From contig OZ199840.1 in assembly GCA_964304625.1 (NCBI GenBank), positions 9,987,018 through 10,051,017 on the forward strand: a stretch of 64,000 nucleotides of DNA. Reading direction: 5' to 3'. This document shows positions 14,573 through 28,738 of the stretch, piece after piece. The stretch's first letter is position 1; the number at the start of each line of letters is the position of its first letter. A program made the position numbers and the translations under genes. This stretch comes from Kudoa neothunni (lineage: Eukaryota > Animalia > Cnidaria). The notes below the pieces were generated by a model. It worked only from the letters and a program-made list of their open reading frames with translations, was not told the DNA's origin and searched no databases.

Positions 14573-16843
14573 CCCATAGCGATTTTCATATTTAACTTGC
14601 GAACAGAGCATAATTATTAATGATACAGCGTAGAATATTTCTTATAGAATTATGTGGGAAGTTTGAAAATAATCCAAACTACTAAAGGGCACGATAAACC
14701 ACCGACGTGCGTTTTCCAATTAAACGTTCATGTGTTTGCGCCGAGGAAAAATACAATAATATATTAATAGAATGACAAAATATTATGAATTATGATAGAT
14801 CCTTGAATATGTGATATGCATATAATTTTTGCACTTCATACACAAATAGATAGTGGTGTTTTTTACAAACAACGCATTTGTGCCTTTTTTCAATGGGTCT
14901 GCGCTCGTTGTTAACCAATCACATAACAACACAGCGTGAATATTTACTAGAGATGATCTTCTAGTAATTTTTTCATTTCGGATCATATTGGCTACAATAC
15001 GCATAATATGTGTCGATACTTTTATGTCTCATTTATTCCTATAATTGAGCCATATGCAGGAATTGACCGCTGCCATTGAGATAATATTTGTGAACAAGGG
15101 CCAGTACCAATTTTCCCAACGAATTTTTACTCTGTAACTGGATATATTATTGTCTGCGATGTCAACACCTCCCATATGCTTGTTATACATACATGAGACA
15201 TATAGATGAACTATCGTCGTGTAGCACTTTCTTGTTTTACAATAAAGCGTTATATACTGGATTGATTCAACAGAAAGCACATTAATATGAAAGGGAATTG
15301 GTTTTGTATCGTTGTAATAAACGCAATTTATTTTGGTTGAGCGATCTTCGTACGACTCATAATAACCACTAGGTTTCTTTTCCATTATCTTAGGATCTGC
15401 TAAGGGACATTTATATCTCTCTTCTTCTATTCAGCTATCAATTTATAAGAGTTGAAAAAATTGTCGAATAAAGATGTCATTTCTTCCTTCAAGTTCTTCA
15501 ACAAATTTTAACACAAAACTGCCACCTAAACCAAGACTTTTGTGATACGATTCTTCCTTACCGGTGTACACATTAAAATTGTAAATATAACCATCAGAAG
15601 ATGTTTAAAGCGAAAACGAACCGGTTTCCCTTTTATGTACATTTCGCAATATGATGGCCTTTGTATGGTATCATTTTTTCGTCAATCGCGAAGTTATTAT
15701 GGAAAAAAACCAGATTTTTTATGATTTTTATTCATTTTTTCAATGAATGGTCTTACTTTGAAAGGTTTATCAGTCTTATCCTACTTTGAATTGTCGTTAA
15801 AATGTAGATATTTTTTATTAATTTGAATCTATTGTATGACATTGACTTTTTCACAAATTCGACGCCAGCGTCCATAACAGATTCCCAATACATATGATGC
15901 TGGGATCATTTATTATATCCTGTTAATAATAAAATGCCGATGAAACATTTGAGTTCCCTTATCGTCAAAGGAAATTTATGGTCGTTCTTTTGTTGAGCGT
16001 ATAAATTTGTTTCTTTAACGATATGCAATAACAAGTTTTCGTCAAAAAATTCCAGAAAACTTTCATATGACTCATACATGTTCGAATCATCATTATCGAT
16101 AATATTTATTATACTGTGGATTATCATATCTTCATTTATTGAGTTTGTCAACGAATTATAATGTGGGATGATTTTACGCCATCTGACTCCGCCATTTTCA
16201 ATTTTTTCATCATGCTCGACGTTAATTAAAGTTTCCATTTCGCCGCATATCTCAGGGACAGTTCCAATCTCAATGTTGTCGTAATCTCTGTGGACGAACT
16301 CATCCTCTTCATCGGTCAATGTATCCACATGATCTGAAGGTATGACCATAAAATCAACCGTATTTGGTAATTCATCGATATTTTCAATATTTTCGATGGC
16401 ATCGACTAAGTTTCTGTACCTCATCTTAAAGCTTCCACCTTGAGGTTAACAAAAAGATTAATTGAGAAATCGCATGCCGGTAGTTTATCGTGCTCTTTTC
16501 GGCATTGTTTTATGTTGGTAATTATTTGTAGCTCTCTTATATATTATGTTTAATTCTTTATTTATATTAAACTTCTGTTAATATATTATTATATACTAAA
16601 AATATAATATTTTTAAATAACAGTTTAGTAGAATTCCTGTTCTATTTGTACGTTGTCGCATTACAAGGGTAGTACAGAACAGTATCTGACACAATGTAGA
16701 ATATATTTAACGAATATTTTTATATAATATAGAAATTATACATATGAATCGTATATCCTAGAATTACATTATTAAACAAATTATTGTAAGATATAGAGTG
16801 GTGTGAAGATTGTGCCGAAATGGGAACGAAAAACCGCCATGGG
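14573..16843 (-). mobile_element. piggyBac transposon with decayed transposase
   Basis: TTAA on both sides (14569-72 and 16844-47) and 14-bp TIRs CCCATAGCGATTTT / CCCATGGCGGTTTT. Transposase fragments IVKETNLYAQQK..ELKCFIGILLLTGY and YNKHMGGVDIAD..WYWPLF are broken by stops and frameshifts. Confidence 0.92.
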
Positions 16844-19125
16844 TTAATTAGTGTGTAATTACGATGTATTACGTCGTTTAAGAATACTTTATTTATAAAA
16901 AATATTTAATTTGGTATGTTAAAAACAGTTGCTGGGTTGAGGGTTATTATAAATAAATTTCTTTATCAAATTTATCAGTTGTTTTAACCGGCTAACGATC
17001 TCAAAAACGGTGCCCATGTTACACTTAACAAATGTGTAAAATTACCCAAAAAAACGATAGAGGATAAAATTTTTTCTTTTCGATATTTGATTCCAATTTG
17101 TTTGGTAAAAGTAAATCATTGTATGCCCCAGAAATAACGAACATTTGGCAATATTTAATGATCGATATAAAAAGATATAATGAATACAAAATCGTTAGAG
17201 GATTAATAATTAAATTGAAAAAAGGTGACATCCTTCTTCAGTTTTTAAGTTTCAGTTTTTTTAGATTCGTATGTAGATTCTTTAAAGAATTTTCGATTTT
17301 GGTAATTTCATTAAATTAATAAAAGCATATGTATGGGTGAGCTATTATTTCATCAATTGGAAGTCTCAAAATTACGATTAACCAAATTTTGAATAAATTA
17401 CTTATTCATCTATGTTTTTAATTTAAAATTAATAAAATTTTAACATATGACAATGAAACGCTAGGGATTTTTTGAAATAGTCTGTGATGAATGAGGATGC
17501 AGTTTGTTAGAGCGTTTTTAAAATATTAATGGTATCCAAAAATGTATTTGACGTAAATTAATTCCTCAAAAGATATAAAATTTACTAAAAGACTTTAACT
17601 TGATTTAAAATTATGGATAACACAGTTTTGTAGAATGGAATATGTTGTTTTTAGTAAGAGAATCTAATATTTTAAAATTGGTGTAAAAGTTGTGGATGGT
17701 TAACGTGAGGTATATATAAATAAATCTCTTCTTCTTCGTTTAATCATTTTATTACGGTACTTGATGATATCATATAATATTTCAAAAGTCATTCAGTATT
17801 TTTCTATCATAATAATATGTAGAGTTGATCATCAGCTTTGATAATTCTTTGGTTTTAAAAATAAGAAAATAAAAATTGATATTTTTTATTGATAGAGACT
17901 AGAATTTAGGTCGTTATTTAGTTTTCGTAATATAATTATCACAATATATTGTTCAACAGTCAAAATTTTAAATTAATTAGAACAAATTATTTTCAATCAC
18001 GAATTTATTAGTCATTTTTATTTTATAGGTACATTGTACTTAAATTATTCTGGCAATTCCAGTATGAATTGATTATTTACACTGCCGGTTTCTTTGTGTA
18101 ATTTTAGTTGGTACAAAGTTTGTATTAAATAGATAATGCTTTTTTTTAAATTCAAATATCTTCATTTACTATATAATATAGGTGACTTTGTATAAGGTTT
18201 CGCCCCTTCAGTGATTAGATGACAAGGAATTCTTCTTTTGGCATATTTGAGTTATCCATCCAAAAACAAAATTCATTTGTTTTATTTAATTTAGTTTAAA
18301 TAATGAAAAATTCTTCTGGATACAATAATATACTATTTGTAGGATGTAATAAATACATTTTTAATAGTTTTTCTAAAGTAATTTATTGAGTAGGCTGAAA
18401 TAGTTAAATATTGTTATTTCTATTAATTTAACCAATTATATTTAATTTTAATATTCATTAGAAAAATCAGTAATTTTACATTGATTTTTTGGCGAAATTA
18501 ATAAATTTTAGTTCAAAATTCAAAATTGGATATAATTGAGATTACACGGAAAAAATATTGCGCAGTAGCGAGGTTCCGTTATTTGACTATTTTTTCATTT
18601 TATTTATGTTAATTAAAAGTAATTCTAATTGAGTTAACTAATTCAATTAAAATTTAAATATATATCAATTCTATTTATAAAATAAGGTAATATTTACTCA
18701 TTTGATTTTAAACGCGTGGATGAAAACATTTTTAATAGTTAAAATAAAATATGAACTTTGAAGATCTACCAAAACTTTCTAACTGATATATAAAAGTTAA
18801 CATATATTTAAACAATTCGGTATTCTCGAAATTTAGATAAAAAACCGTATTTTGTTGATATAATATTCAATTTTACCCAATAAAATTCATGCCGAAATTT
18901 TGCTTAATATTGAATATCTAATATTATACCTTGTTTACTCATTAAATTATGAGTCTTAATTAGCGATGATGTATTACCAATTAATAATTGAATCTATAAA
19001 TATGTTTAGCACTTTAAAAGTTACACTCTGACCTGTAAAATACTCTATGGAATAGACTCAGCAAAGTGACCAATCAATAATCGATATAGGTGATAAATAA
19101 CACCTTCAACAAACCAAAAGCAACA

Positions 19126-19378
19126 ATGAGAGTACTGGCTAGATTTATTTTCATATTCTTTATTCTTTCTGCTATTACACAAGTTTTTCTGAGTACATAA
19201 TTGACATTTTTCAGCAATATTTAATTTTCCTTAGTTCAAGAGATGAATACTAACGCTGAAGGACAACCTATATGGACTGAAGGAAAAATGAGAGATAGAA
19301 ACTGTATTTCTCTTATCAGATATTTCTAACTTTATTCTAGATATTCCTACTCCTGACGATGTCGAAGCAGATAAGTGA
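19126..19378 (+). CDS. 57-aa putative secreted micropeptide (3 exons), unrecognised
   Basis: Exons 19126-19192, 19235-19303 and 19341-19378, with two phase-1 GT-AG introns of 42 and 37 nt (typical size here). Product: MRVLARFIFIFFILSAITQVFLIQEMNTNAEGQPIWTEGKMRDRNYIPTPDDVEADK. Confidence 0.65.
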
Positions 19379-19978
19379 ATAGGTCGGATTGACAATTAAA
19401 TAATATTTATCACTTTATTGATTTGGTTTATTCGAATAATACATTTTTATTGTTTCAAATATTCATTGAATCCATTTGAGCGTCATTAAAAATATAAACT
19501 CATAATTAATTAATTAATTTATTAATTAATTAAATTAATTAATTAGTAAACTGTTTTTGAATAGTCATTCTTGATTTTTTGAGTGAATGGTGAACAAATT
19601 TTCTTAAAAGTTTTTAAAATTATTGCAAAATTAATTTAATACTCAAGATTAGATTAATAGATTATTAGATCAAAAGGCACTAGAATTTATATTTAAAAAG
19701 CATTTAAAGTTTTTATGCGCGCTACACTCAAATAAATTAAATAATATACTCCACAACAATTTAAACTCTACATAAAGAAAGTAGCGAAATAATTAAAGTA
19801 TTAAGCAATAAAATAATATAAAGAGGAGAGTTTTGGATTTAAGTATTACTTTCTAAATATTTCCTTTCCTAACTTTGTTGAATCCAAATAATCATAAAAA
19901 TTACAGTAATTATTTACAAATAAATACAAACTAATATAAAATAACTGTCAAATGCACAGAAAAAAAATCAAAAATCAA

Positions 19979-20877
19979 TTAAACAAGTACATATCGCAAT
20001 GTAACAAACAAAATTATAATAATAATCATAAAAACCAATCCGTATTTTAGAAAAGCAGCTTTTCTATTTAAAAGTTGTGCATCTTTACGATATTTTTGAG
20101 AGTGATGCTTTAGATTTAGAGCTTTGTCGTCCAAACCTTAATTTTGATATAGCTTTTAAAATAATTTATCACAGTCTCTAATTAGTACTGGAGAGCCCTT
20201 TCCCGCGATTCAACACACTTTCAATATTCTCCATCAACATTTCATTGATGCTATTGAGTTCTTGGTTGAGTTGTTGTTGGTTGGATTCGTGAAGGCGTTG
20301 ATTTGGATTACCAAATTGCCTTTTAGCCTCTTTTATATCATCATCTAAGGTGGGAAACAAATATTCTCACATCGTAAACAACTCAAATCGTTGCATACCA
20401 AAATCAATGAAACAATACGGTCTAATACTGGACATGATTTGATTTTGGTTGTATTTTTGTAGGAATCTACATTTAATTGTATCCAAAAATGAAAAAACAT
20501 TTGTTCTTGGGAAATTCTTTTCTGTCACAGTCATAAAACATATGTTTTGATGTTTTATCCCACTAAAATTCGAAAATGCATTACACAATGTAAGGCATTT
20601 AATGAGAGAAGATTTTAAAAACACCCATACTAGATAATCAACTGTCCAATGTCAACACTACATGGCCAAAATGATAGATCACGACAATTTTGTATGATGT
20701 GTTTCATTTTAGCGTGATATTCGCCCACTTGATCGTAACCCTTTATGTACAAACAATAGGACAAATAATTCAACCAAATAGTTTATAGTCGGTAGGATAG
20801 ATTACAATTTCATTTGGTATCGACGTGGCTAAAATTAGAGCGTCATTTTCTCTAATCACCGCAGTGGTCAGATCCAT
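19979..20877 (-). CDS. SEC22: Vesicle-trafficking longin R-SNARE Sec22, multi-exon
   Basis: MDLTTAVIRENDALILATS..., CFMTVTEKNFPRTNVFSFL..RPYCFIDF, LNQELNSINEMLMENIESVLNRGKGLS / LDDKALNLKHHSQKYRKDAQLLN and a C-terminal TM helix. Stop at 19979-19981. Confidence 0.9.
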
Positions 20878-23800
20878 CTTGTACCACGTCAGCCGGCTTA
20901 GCTTAGATACTATGGGTTTGGTTGCGCAAGCAAATTTGATCAATGCATATTCGCTGTCTTGTTTTCTCACCTTGGCGATTAACCAGCTCCTTTTTACTTG
21001 TTTTAATCAATAAAATGAACCTATTAAGCTTTTTTGATTGATAATAATATATTGATATTTTAATTAAAATAATAATCTTAAATATTTCTCCAAATAAGTT
21101 ATAAGTAAGTCATTGAGTTTTGAGATGAACGAAATGGTAGAATATCCGAAAAATCTGCAAAGAATTAGCGTACTTTATCTCTCATATTTAAAGGAATAAT
21201 ATTGTCATTTGACTTGGGGTCGAGAATTAATCAATAAAATGACACCATAACAAAGAATATAAAGTTCAAATGAAAAGGTCGCAAATATTGTTAGTCAATT
21301 TCAATTTGATCTATCATCTATGGATGAAAATCTGTATTATTATTATTAATGATAGTAATTTTACAAAATTAATAGTATCACAAATTATCCCTTTGCTCAC
21401 TCCACATTATTATCAACATATCAACATATCAACATTATGGTGGAATGCCGTATACAAAAATAAACGGGGAAGAAAGAAATATTCATCTCATTAGCATTAA
21501 AATAGAATTATCTCTTTCTAGTTGCTTTGATTAAAGTTATTTCATGTGAAATAACCTACGACATTCAAACTAAATATATGATCGCTGGAGACAAACAATT
21601 TGTCAACACTTACGGTGTGAATTAACTTGGTATAATCGAATTTTAACACACGAGTAACTATATAGACAATTTTTAAATAGATTAAAATAATAATTTTATT
21701 TTTTAAAGTCGTTTAAGGACGCGAATGTTGAATTATATGAAGAGTTTACGAACGATGACGTCATCCACCTATCGCCTAGTTGGTTCATTCCACGTATAAA
21801 CACCAATTGATAAGAAAGAGCATGCGCTGCGTTGATGAGACTTTCAGTTCTGCTTCTGAAGCCGTTTGATGAAAGTACCACTCTGAGCATTTTCGGCATT
21901 TTCTTGGTGTTTAGAATCATCTAATTCAGTCGAGATAATGATAGGCGTTTTTATTGAGAGAGATTTGCAGTTGATTTCAGACAATTGAAATCACTCCCAA
22001 ACAACGTAATGTAGTATAATGTGACTGTGATATGTTGATTCGATCGACTTATTGCATTCGCCTCAGATTCATAGAAGACATGAGAGGATAGATAGCTTTC
22101 TGCTGCCTAAAATTTAAAATTCGCCAATGTTGCGCGTGCGTGGTAAATTTAACATCCTAATTTGTTATTCTGTATTGAGGAATCACTGTTATGTGATGTA
22201 GAGATGGTGATGGCTAATAAATATAAGTTGAACGATTAGGAATAGAGTAGATGTATATAATTAAAGAGAAATGTATTTTCAGAATTTAACGAATTTTCAT
22301 TGATAGAAGCTGAGAATTTAGAAATAATTAAGCGAGGTTTAATTTAAATGATCTAATGCTCGGTTAACGATCTCATATTTGATTTTGTACTTGTTTAGTC
22401 GCGAGTAAGAAGGTTTACTTGAATACTCTTTGTATTGTAAAATTATGGTTCGCTGTAAATTGAGCCCTAAAACGATTTTTAACACAGCTAAAGGAAATCG
22501 CCTTATAAGGGGTGACAACGACAACAGCTTGGAGCATAATTGGATTTCTGTATTATTTCAGCTGATTTTTAAACTTTTCTCTGCTTTTTTATCGGTGTGA
22601 ATCTCAGAGGTGATCAAAAATCAATTAATTTACAATAAATTATTTCAATTAACTGAAGTTATTGCAATTATTGGAAAACTATTGGTGATAATTCAATATC
22701 ACCGGAGAACATTCGTATATCTCGGTTGAAAAATTTTCCATTAGTTATTTCGGTCGAAAATAAAAGTAACAAGAAATTTTCCATATTTTTAAAGATTAAG
22801 TTAAAGTTAGAAAATTTAATCGGTGGGTATAATGTCTAAATAATTATATTCGAAATATCGTAGAGGATGTTCAGTATTTTATTAACTTAACTTATATTTA
22901 TTGAAACCATCTAAAATTTGAACCACGTTGTGCAACGCGTAATTTGACATTTCTTGAAACCACATAATCAGGTGTTAATTGAAATCAAATTAACCCTCTG
23001 TACTGGGCGGAAAAAACTTGTTTAATGGTCTTTAGTTTCTTAGTGCCATGATTTAAACAATTTTTCAACAGTTTGTGAGATGTTCTGCATAGAAAATTAA
23101 ATTGATTATGGAACGTTAGTACGCTTCCAATGTGGGTCATGTGATGCACAAATATCGGCTATTTAAAATTAAGATAGAATTTAATTGTACAAAAATTAAA
23201 ATTAAACATATTTTATCTAAAAAAAGTAGTTTGAAAAATGAAAACCACTTCAAAAGAAGAAATCATAAGTAAAATCGGAAACAACAAATTAACAATAAAC
23301 GGATTAAAATGAATAAAGATATCTTGGCTCTAATTTGTAATTTATCGTAATTTTTAAGGCATATATATAAGGCACAGTTCAAATTAACTCTCGATATTTT
23401 ATTTATACGTTCTTTTCGGACATAATTTGTTATTTGAAAACTTGATTTTTTGTGTTATTTCTGTTATGTAATCTTTGATTTTTACACTATTGCACTGTTT
23501 TAAAAAAATATTCCTTATAAATTTAATAATATAAGGCGTAGGTTTTCATAGTTACAAGGTTAGGTAAAACTACAGAAAATTCCACAATAGACTAAATCCA
23601 GAACATGATATCATGATATGCGAGTTTCTATTGCAAAAACAATTCCTCATTTCGAATTATTCGACGAAATTAAACAAAATCAAGTCTCATTAATTGTAAG
23701 TTTTATTTTATAATATTATTAAATCACTCATTCGTTTTAATCATAAAGGTGATGATCTCGCGGAGTTCTTCATAAGTGAATACCAGTTTTGTATATTATA

Positions 23801-24403
23801 AATTTAAAACAATAATTTTATTTTTTAATAAAAAACATTACATTTAAAGGAAAACATTATTTTTTTCATTAGTTTCTTTTTTATTACTTTTTTTATTATT
23901 GTAATTGGATTTTATCAAAGTTATAAAAAGTCGTTTCAGTATTAATCGACATACTTGTAGGTTTCTTATTTCTAAAATCATTAAAAATGTATTAACGAAT
24001 TTAGAAATAAATATTTTGTTTTAAGATAAATAATTCAGGAACATTTTCACTAAAACTCGCTTTTAGTGAACATTCTTTTTTAAATGGAGCTAGACTTGCA
24101 AAAGTATATGAAAGTTTATCAAATAAAACCATTTTTAACAAAAATATTACTAGCAAAAATTTACATGAAATGGAATGCTTAGAGTTCCGTATTCGTTTAG
24201 TTTGGCTAATAGGGGGTCCGCGAGCCAAAAAGGTTGGGACTACTGTTTTAATAGATACAACTTTATTTTTGGTTGTATTTTAAACTAGCGATTTTCTTTA
24301 CCTTGGGGTTTCAAATAAAATTTGGGGTTTTTGACCGTCCATCCTTGTTTTTTAAACCTCATTGGCAACCCTGACAATATCCAGAGACGACTGTATAGTA
24401 GAT

Positions 24404-24667
24404 TCGTGGTTTTCAACTTTTTGAATTCTCAGATCCCATGATAAGCTCAAATTGTCTTGCTGATCCCCGTATATATTAAGGACATATTACAAAAAATTTG
24501 CATGCATTCATTTATATCAACTAAAGTATGTTATTCTTAAAATTTATTCAGCATCGCCTAGGACTTAGAAAACATATACATGTAAATTTATTCTTATTAT
24601 TACTTTCTATATTCTTTCGGTGCTGCGGATCCTTGGGGAATCTCCGATCACCGATTGACAACCTCTA
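24404..24667. mobile_element. hAT (Charlie/MER5-like) MITE
   Basis: Ends (tc)GTGGTTTTCAAC ... ATTGACAACCTCTA, flanked by an 8-bp near-TSD tagtagat/cagtagat. Further orphan hAT ends lie at ~24212-24245 and ~24363-24373. Confidence 0.65.
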
Positions 24668-24895
24668 CAGTAGATAGTAGATAAAGGATTTATTTTTGAC
24701 GGGAAATTAACAAATCATATTAGAATATTTAATATGAAATCATAAAACAATAAGGTAATTATGGGGTTTAATATTTTAACTTAATATATTCATAAGTAAT
24801 GAATCAAGTCGAAAATGAATTATACATTCAATAACAATGTTTGCACACACATCGCCAAAAAGCGCTTATAATAGCTATATATATTGTTCATTGAT

Positions 24896-26274
24896 ATGTT
24901 GGTTGCTTTAATATATTTTGCTTCATTACAAATAATATCCTTGGGTAAATAAAGATATAACATTATACCTTTATTTAAATAAAAAAATAGAAAGGGCTTT
25001 GGATTCTTATAAATTAGATGTCGGAGAAGCTCCGGCTTGGATGACTCCAGACGAGAAAAAAAAAGCTATAGTTGATAGATGGTATGTGGACACAACTACC
25101 GCTACGTGCAAAAAATTTCAATATTCGGGTTCTCTAGGAAATTTTAACAATTTTGTGTCAAAAGCTGTTTGTCAATATCATCGTAATTCATAATATTAAA
25201 CTCTTTATAACTTTGTCATTAGTAAAATTCACACCCGAAGAGCAATCCAAAGCGTGTGGATTAGCCAAAGAAGAAGGTGTTTGCACAGTCGTTGAGGCGA
25301 ATAAAAAAGAAAGATGGTATTTTTCAACGGCAGCGGTTGGTTCAGATGCTAGACTTAACTCATGTCACAAGTTTAAATACACTGGCTGTGGAGGTAACGC
25401 CAACAATTTTATGACTGAAACAGAATGCAAAAATGCTTGTCAAAGTATAAAGTTTGAATCACTGTGCTTATTATATAATGTCATAAAACGAATCTGCTTG
25501 ATTTAGATAAAAAGAACGGTGGAGTAGTAGATACTGTTCAAGATGACACTCTTACTCCAATTCCTAACAAGTTCGACTGTCTTTTCGCAGCTGAAGTGGA
25601 TAATGCTACCCCAAAAATGGGAATTGTACTACATAAGGACAAAAATAAATGCGTTTATGCTGCTATTGGTGATAAATCAGACAGAGGATATTTTGAGGAA
25701 CTACCAAAATGTGTAGAAACGTGCATAAGTATTTATTTTCGATGATACACATGTGATAATAGTAATAATTAGCGGATCTTGTTGCTGCTTGCAGCGAAAC
25801 TCAACCATACCAAGTACCATCTGAAACAGATATAAATCAATATAATGCAGTTACTGAATATTTTTATTTTGATAAAGAAAGAAGGATATGCCTCCCCTTC
25901 CTCTCAAAAACTCCAGAAGGAGATTTAGTTAAACTTGACGATGGTGCGAAAAATATATTTAGTTCTGCAGAGATTTGTGCTAGCTTTTGCCCTGCCAGTA
26001 TATTATATTAATTAATTTTTCAGTATTATATATTTGACCAAATTTAGCTGGTCATCTTGGTGACCTAACAGCGGTTGAAGTGTGTAAACAACCAAAGGTT
26101 GGGGAGTGGGCGTCTGGAGAAAAATACAAATTTGCCAGACATTACTACAATGATTCTTCAAAGCAATGCGAACCCTTTAATTTTAACGGGAAAAAGATGA
26201 ACTTGAATAACTTTGAGAGCAATAACGTCTGCGAGGCTATTTGCGAGACACCTTTAACTGCTAATACTGTATAA
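24896..26274 (+). CDS. Secreted five-domain Kunitz/BPTI-like protein, copy 2 (paralogue of copy 1)
   Basis: Exons 24896-24944, 24991-25182, 25223-25444, 25507-25728, 25773-25997 and 26048-26274; all introns phase 1. Signal peptide MLVALIYFASLQIISL; canonical domain CGLAKEEGVC..RWYF..CHKFKYTGCGGNANNF..ECKNAC. Confidence 0.9.
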
Positions 26275-27487
26275 TTTGGAGAGATTTCTTCATTTAAAAT
26301 GACGATTTTAATTGCCGGATATATATTCAGTAGAATTTAGTGGGTTTCAATTTATCATTTATTTCTCTTTTTTCATTAAAATTTACTATAGGGATCAATT
26401 TAACTAATATCCATAGACATATAAACAAACTCGGGTAATAGTATAAAATACAGCTATTATAAAAAATATGTATATATATATATAAATAGCGCGAAATCCC
26501 AACTTTTCCTGGTAGCAGATGATGGGACTCCTAAAGTTTTGGTTGTTTATTAAATGAATAAATCTCAATCGAAAATATATTTAAATACTAAGCTATAAAC
26601 TTTAAATTTGTGTTTCTCTTTTTGCCTTGATGCATTTTCAAATTTATTATATTCCAAACTTTAGCCATTTACTTTAATAAAACCATGGATAGATTTATAT
26701 AAAAATCTAAATAGAAAAATATAAAAAAGTTGTTAATTATTTTAAATTCATTTTATAAATTATTGACATTAGATGACCTTCTAGATTATAGAAGTAATCA
26801 AAATTACTCTAAAACAAAATTGGTTAACAAAACCATTCAATAAATTAACATATTTAACTTTCTGTTCTTTCGAATTATATTTTGAAACAAATCCAACCTC
26901 TAACTTATAAAATGGAAGAAAAATCTTAAAATTATAATAAATATATGTATAAAATGCAGATTTCAACACAAAAAATAATAATTCTAAATATCAACCATTT
27001 CTGATAATATTATGAATTATCTTAATCTGATTTCAATCAAATGTCCGTAAGCGGGAAATTATGGCTTCGATGTTATATGAATTTTAAACTTTTAAATTAA
27101 TCTATCCTTATTTCTTAATGTAAAAATTGTCCTGTTCAAAAATCTAATACATCATAAATTATATTAACATAATTTAATCGATGATATGAAGGTTTTTTGA
27201 CTTCAAAATGTACAGTAATATTTAACAATCAATTGGTTTTATCGAATAACGACACTTGTTAAAAGATAAATGCATTATTTGATTGTTTTGGGATAATTTT
27301 TGTACTGAGTTATTTTTAAATTATTTAAAACCTTGTAATAATATCGGATTTATAGAATTAATCATTAGTTTCGTATTTACTTACAGAATAACGCTTAATG
27401 AGAGTGAACTGCTTTATTTTCAATAGCACTCGTTAATCCAGATTCTAAAACTATCTGTAGCATGAGATGAATCATATTTCTGTATCC

Positions 27488-28181
27488 CAATGTTTCCCAA
27501 CCTTTTTTCGATCACGTCCCCATTTCTATTGATAAAAGGTTCCGCGCCCCTTATTTTTCTAAAGTTTTCATTTGTAAATTTAAACTGCATATAATTTTGA
27601 TTCAAACTTCATATCAAATCCAAATTTAAAAGTGATTAATATACATTTTTTTCATTAAAATTAAAATATGTTTGATCAGGTATAACTTAATTTATCGTTG
27701 AACCTTAAAAATTGACATCTTGAGTTCTTCATTCTATCAAAAACAGCATTAAATGAAACTCGTAATCTTGCTCACATTAAGCAAGTCTTTCATGTACATG
27801 GGTCTTATAAACCCAAAAGAAATAATCTAGAGAGAATTCCCATCAACTTTATAATAGGTTAAATCAAAAATAGGGGAGAACACAGTTATAAATGAGACGA
27901 GATTGGTATTTAAACCATTCCGGCTCTATTTGGGTAAAGACCAAATTCAATCTTATATATTTGTTATAACTAATCGTTACTTTTGCTATTTTTTTATGAT
28001 ATTAATGGTCATTTAAAAATTAATACGATCAAAAATTGAGTTATTGATTTCAAAATGCCCCACATTGCCCAAATATCTCAACACTATCATTGCCGCATAA
28101 TTTTTCGCGGTTTTCTGCGTACCTCTAGAGGTGTTCATTAAACGTTCAATATTTTCTATGCCCCGCCGGTGGGAAACATTG
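27488..28181. mobile_element. hAT Charlie-type deletion derivative
   Basis: Inverted ends CAATGTTTCCC(A) ... (T)GGGAAACATTG, with a subterminal GCGCCCC motif; TSD not conserved. Confidence 0.6.
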
Positions 28182-28738
28182 CATTAAATTATAAATAACA
28201 AAAATAAGACATTTTCTCTTATCGTTTATTTAATTTTGTTTCTTTTAGTATTAAAAATTCTCAAATTTAAGCCCCACAAATTTTTCAACTCTAAAAGAAT
28301 TATTTTTACTTATTTTTATTTTTTATATAAAATTCTTATATGAAACATAAAGTTCATTTATATTTTTGTAATAATTAGGCCTATTAAAATAAATTAGCCA
28401 ACTGTAGTGGTTAGAATTCAAAAATTTGGAACTAGTAATTTATTAATTGCCTAAAAATTAAACATTTTAACAAAATTTTGTGAGGATATTTTAAAATATT
28501 TTGTATAATTTGGGGATTTATTTTGAAACTTTTCTCAAGCTAATCCATTAAAAATGACATTTATAGAATATGTAGTATATTTTATAACTTATTATAATAT
28601 ATAATATTAAATAACTCATTTTCCTAGCATTACATTTATTATAAACATGACAACCAATGAATTTTTTATTTCATTAAGTTTTTTCTTTATTCATTTTAAA
28701 TTAAAAGAACACTAAGAAAAATTATTCAAAAATATTAA

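Noticed and set aside
19500-19545. (TAAT)n palindromic tract
   Set aside because: Low-complexity AT microsatellite with no supporting context.
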